Part shown: positions 62,050-64,000 of the stretch, one piece after another
Layout: every line of letters starts with the position of its first letter
How positions within the stretch are numbered: the first letter of the stretch is position 1
Made by a program: the position numbers and the translations under genes
The notes under the pieces: generated by a model
Database searches by the model: none
The model's input: only the letters and a program-made list of their open reading frames with translations
What the model was told of the DNA's origin: nothing
NCBI RefSeq assembly: GCF_001194135.2
Contig: NC_068983.1
Coordinates: 136,937,248 to 137,001,247, forward strand
Reading direction: 5' to 3'
Source of the DNA: Octopus bimaculoides
Taxonomy: Eukaryota
DNA length: 64,000 nt

Positions 62050-64000
62050 TTTAGCTATTCACCAGTATGTTGTCAATGTGGGGTGGTAGCCACTTTCCAT
62101 TGAAAGTAGCAAAGAACCTAAAAACAGTAAAACCAACAGCAGTAACAAGAAGATGTCTAACATCAGTAAGGAAACCAATGACAATAATAGAACAATCAAC
62201 AGTAGCTATAGGGGCAACTTCAACAGCACTAGTGCCAGCAGCTGCAACAACAATAATATAAACAACAACAACAGTAATAGCTAGCAGCTGCTGCCACCAC
62301 AAAACAGCAACTTAAACAACAGTAACATAATCTATAAGGACAGCATCAACAACAGGAATAATGACAAATCCATAAAGGTAAAAACATCCTTTGTGTATGT
62401 AACAGATCAATGAATTTCTCATCCTCTGGAATGTAATGTAGATGCTGTTGAACATATAAAAATGATATTGTTGCTCTGGAGTCATGTCATGTTCAGTAAA
62501 GGAGATGGTGTGTATGGAAAAAGAGAAACATTATTTACAAGTGCATCAGTTGCTCAAAAAGGAAGCTATGATATCCATCTTCAGACAAAATTAAGAAATA
62601 TCATGTCTGGAAGGAGAGGGGGGGGCCTTCCATAGTATACATTACCCAAGGAAAGCAACACGGGACTCTAGTAGCTATCTGCAACAGTAAACAGGAAGCT
62701 TGTACGATGGCTACAATAGCCTGTACCTCTCAGGAGTCTCAGGACCAAAGTTACAAGATGTCCCATAGGACATCCTTGTAGATACCAGGCCAGAGTAATG
62801 GCCATGCTTGAAGACTTTTATTTCAGAGAGTGTAAGCAAATGTAGGTGGTCTTGGAGGGTAGAAAACCCTAACATTATATGTGTGGCAAAACAGATCACC
62901 TGGAAGCTTTCTCTTCACCTGTAAATAGGTCAAAAGTGGTGTGTCACTCTGCGCTGCTGCTCCCAATGCCAGATCTGCAGCAATCACAAAGAGGACTGTA
63001 GTGGCAACTACAAAAGTAACAAAATATGTTTCTACTTAGAGAAAGGTGCAGGCACTCATCCCTTGTCACTACCATCATGACCAACAGCAATAAACAACAC
63101 AGAAGAAATCAAATACAAATCCAGCTGAGCCCCTGGATGTAGATGCAGCTTTGGATGACACAAAATCTCCCAAATAGGCAACTGTTGTGCAACCTTCAGA
63201 AAGGATAAAAAGGGGTGGCTGGTGAATATACTGACTTAAGACCCAAATCCCAAAAGTTTGTGATCACCAAACTCAATAACTCTGAAAAAGGTGCACTCAG
63301 TTACTTAACTGAGGTGACAAGTCAACAATCACAAGAACACACAACAAGGAACAAACCAACAATACCAATGCCAAGGACAACTGTGAGAGATCAGCAACAA
63401 AAGAAGCAAAACCAAAAGCAACCAAGATGACAAGAACCATTCCAGTCATAAGAAATGGAAAGAACATTTACAGCAATCTCTCACAGATGAGCTTCTCAAC
63501 TACACAGTTCTCCAAAAGGAGAACAAAGAGTTAATGAAGTTTGTAGACTCCAACAAAAACAAAATTTTAATAATAGATAAGGGTCTTGATACTCTCACTA
63601 TTTCCAAAACTTTGCAAGGAAGAGTTCTGGTAATAGCTTCTTCAACAATGTATCATATTTTGAGGCAATGTTTCCCACATGATGCTGGAAGATTTAAAAA
63701 CTCCTCTCTCCTGTATATTTTGGTGCTAGAGAGTTTAAGGGGTATCTCACTGTAACTGGGTCACAGGAGAGTCCTGTCTGCATATGTGGATGACATCACT
63801 GTCATGGTGTCTGACATTTCAGATGTAGAAGTAATCAACACAAACTGGGAGAATACCAGGTATGTACAGGAGCACACATAAACCAAGACAAATCTTGCAA
63901 CTAAGCATTTGGTGAGGCCAGTCTGTGTTGACCAGTAGTGATTTCTGTTGCTTAACTGAGGGCTCAAGGGAAAGTGTATAGAATCTGGTTCAGACCAGAC
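62050..64000 (+). mobile_element. Degenerate L1/Tx1-type LINE (N/S-rich ORF1 region, zinc-knuckle remnant, RT fragment)
   Basis: YMCGKTDHL knuckle remnant near 62880; SLLYILVLESLRGI..VLSAYVDDITVMV near 63700-63810. Confidence 0.7.

Overview
Eukaryotic, AT-rich, repeat-dense draft-assembly window with 4 N-gaps. The repeat families and microsatellite load look like an octopus/cephalopod genome (inference). The one clearly supported host gene is EDEM1 (GH47 ER degradation-enhancing alpha-mannosidase-like 1) on the minus strand. Nine coding exons run from ATG 37406 down to 1977 (1334 nt, 444 codons), all GT-AG and phase-consistent; the 3' exons lie beyond the left edge. The rest is mostly transposon-derived: many RTE LINE fragments sharing one 3' tail module, two HERO-like RLE non-LTR fragments, Penelope-like RT and 3'-end fragments, Tc1 (IR-DR), mariner and maT (DD37D) relics, a Tol2-like hAT pseudogene, CR1/L2-type and Tx1/L1-type relics, tRNA-derived SINEs and MITEs. 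Most notable: (i) minimal Penelope-type hammerhead ribozyme motifs, two sharing a non-canonical CUGUYGA core, one of them in sense inside EDEM1 intron 1; (ii) an array of 12-13 GNRA-tetraloop hairpins in an RTE 3' region; (iii) a 998-bp GT-AG segment with a 7-bp direct repeat splitting the hAT transposase in frame; (iv) near-identical inverted repeats bracketing EDEM1 exons; (v) a candidate first coding exon of an unidentified plus-strand gene near 55.7 kb. I found no convincing wholly new biological system.
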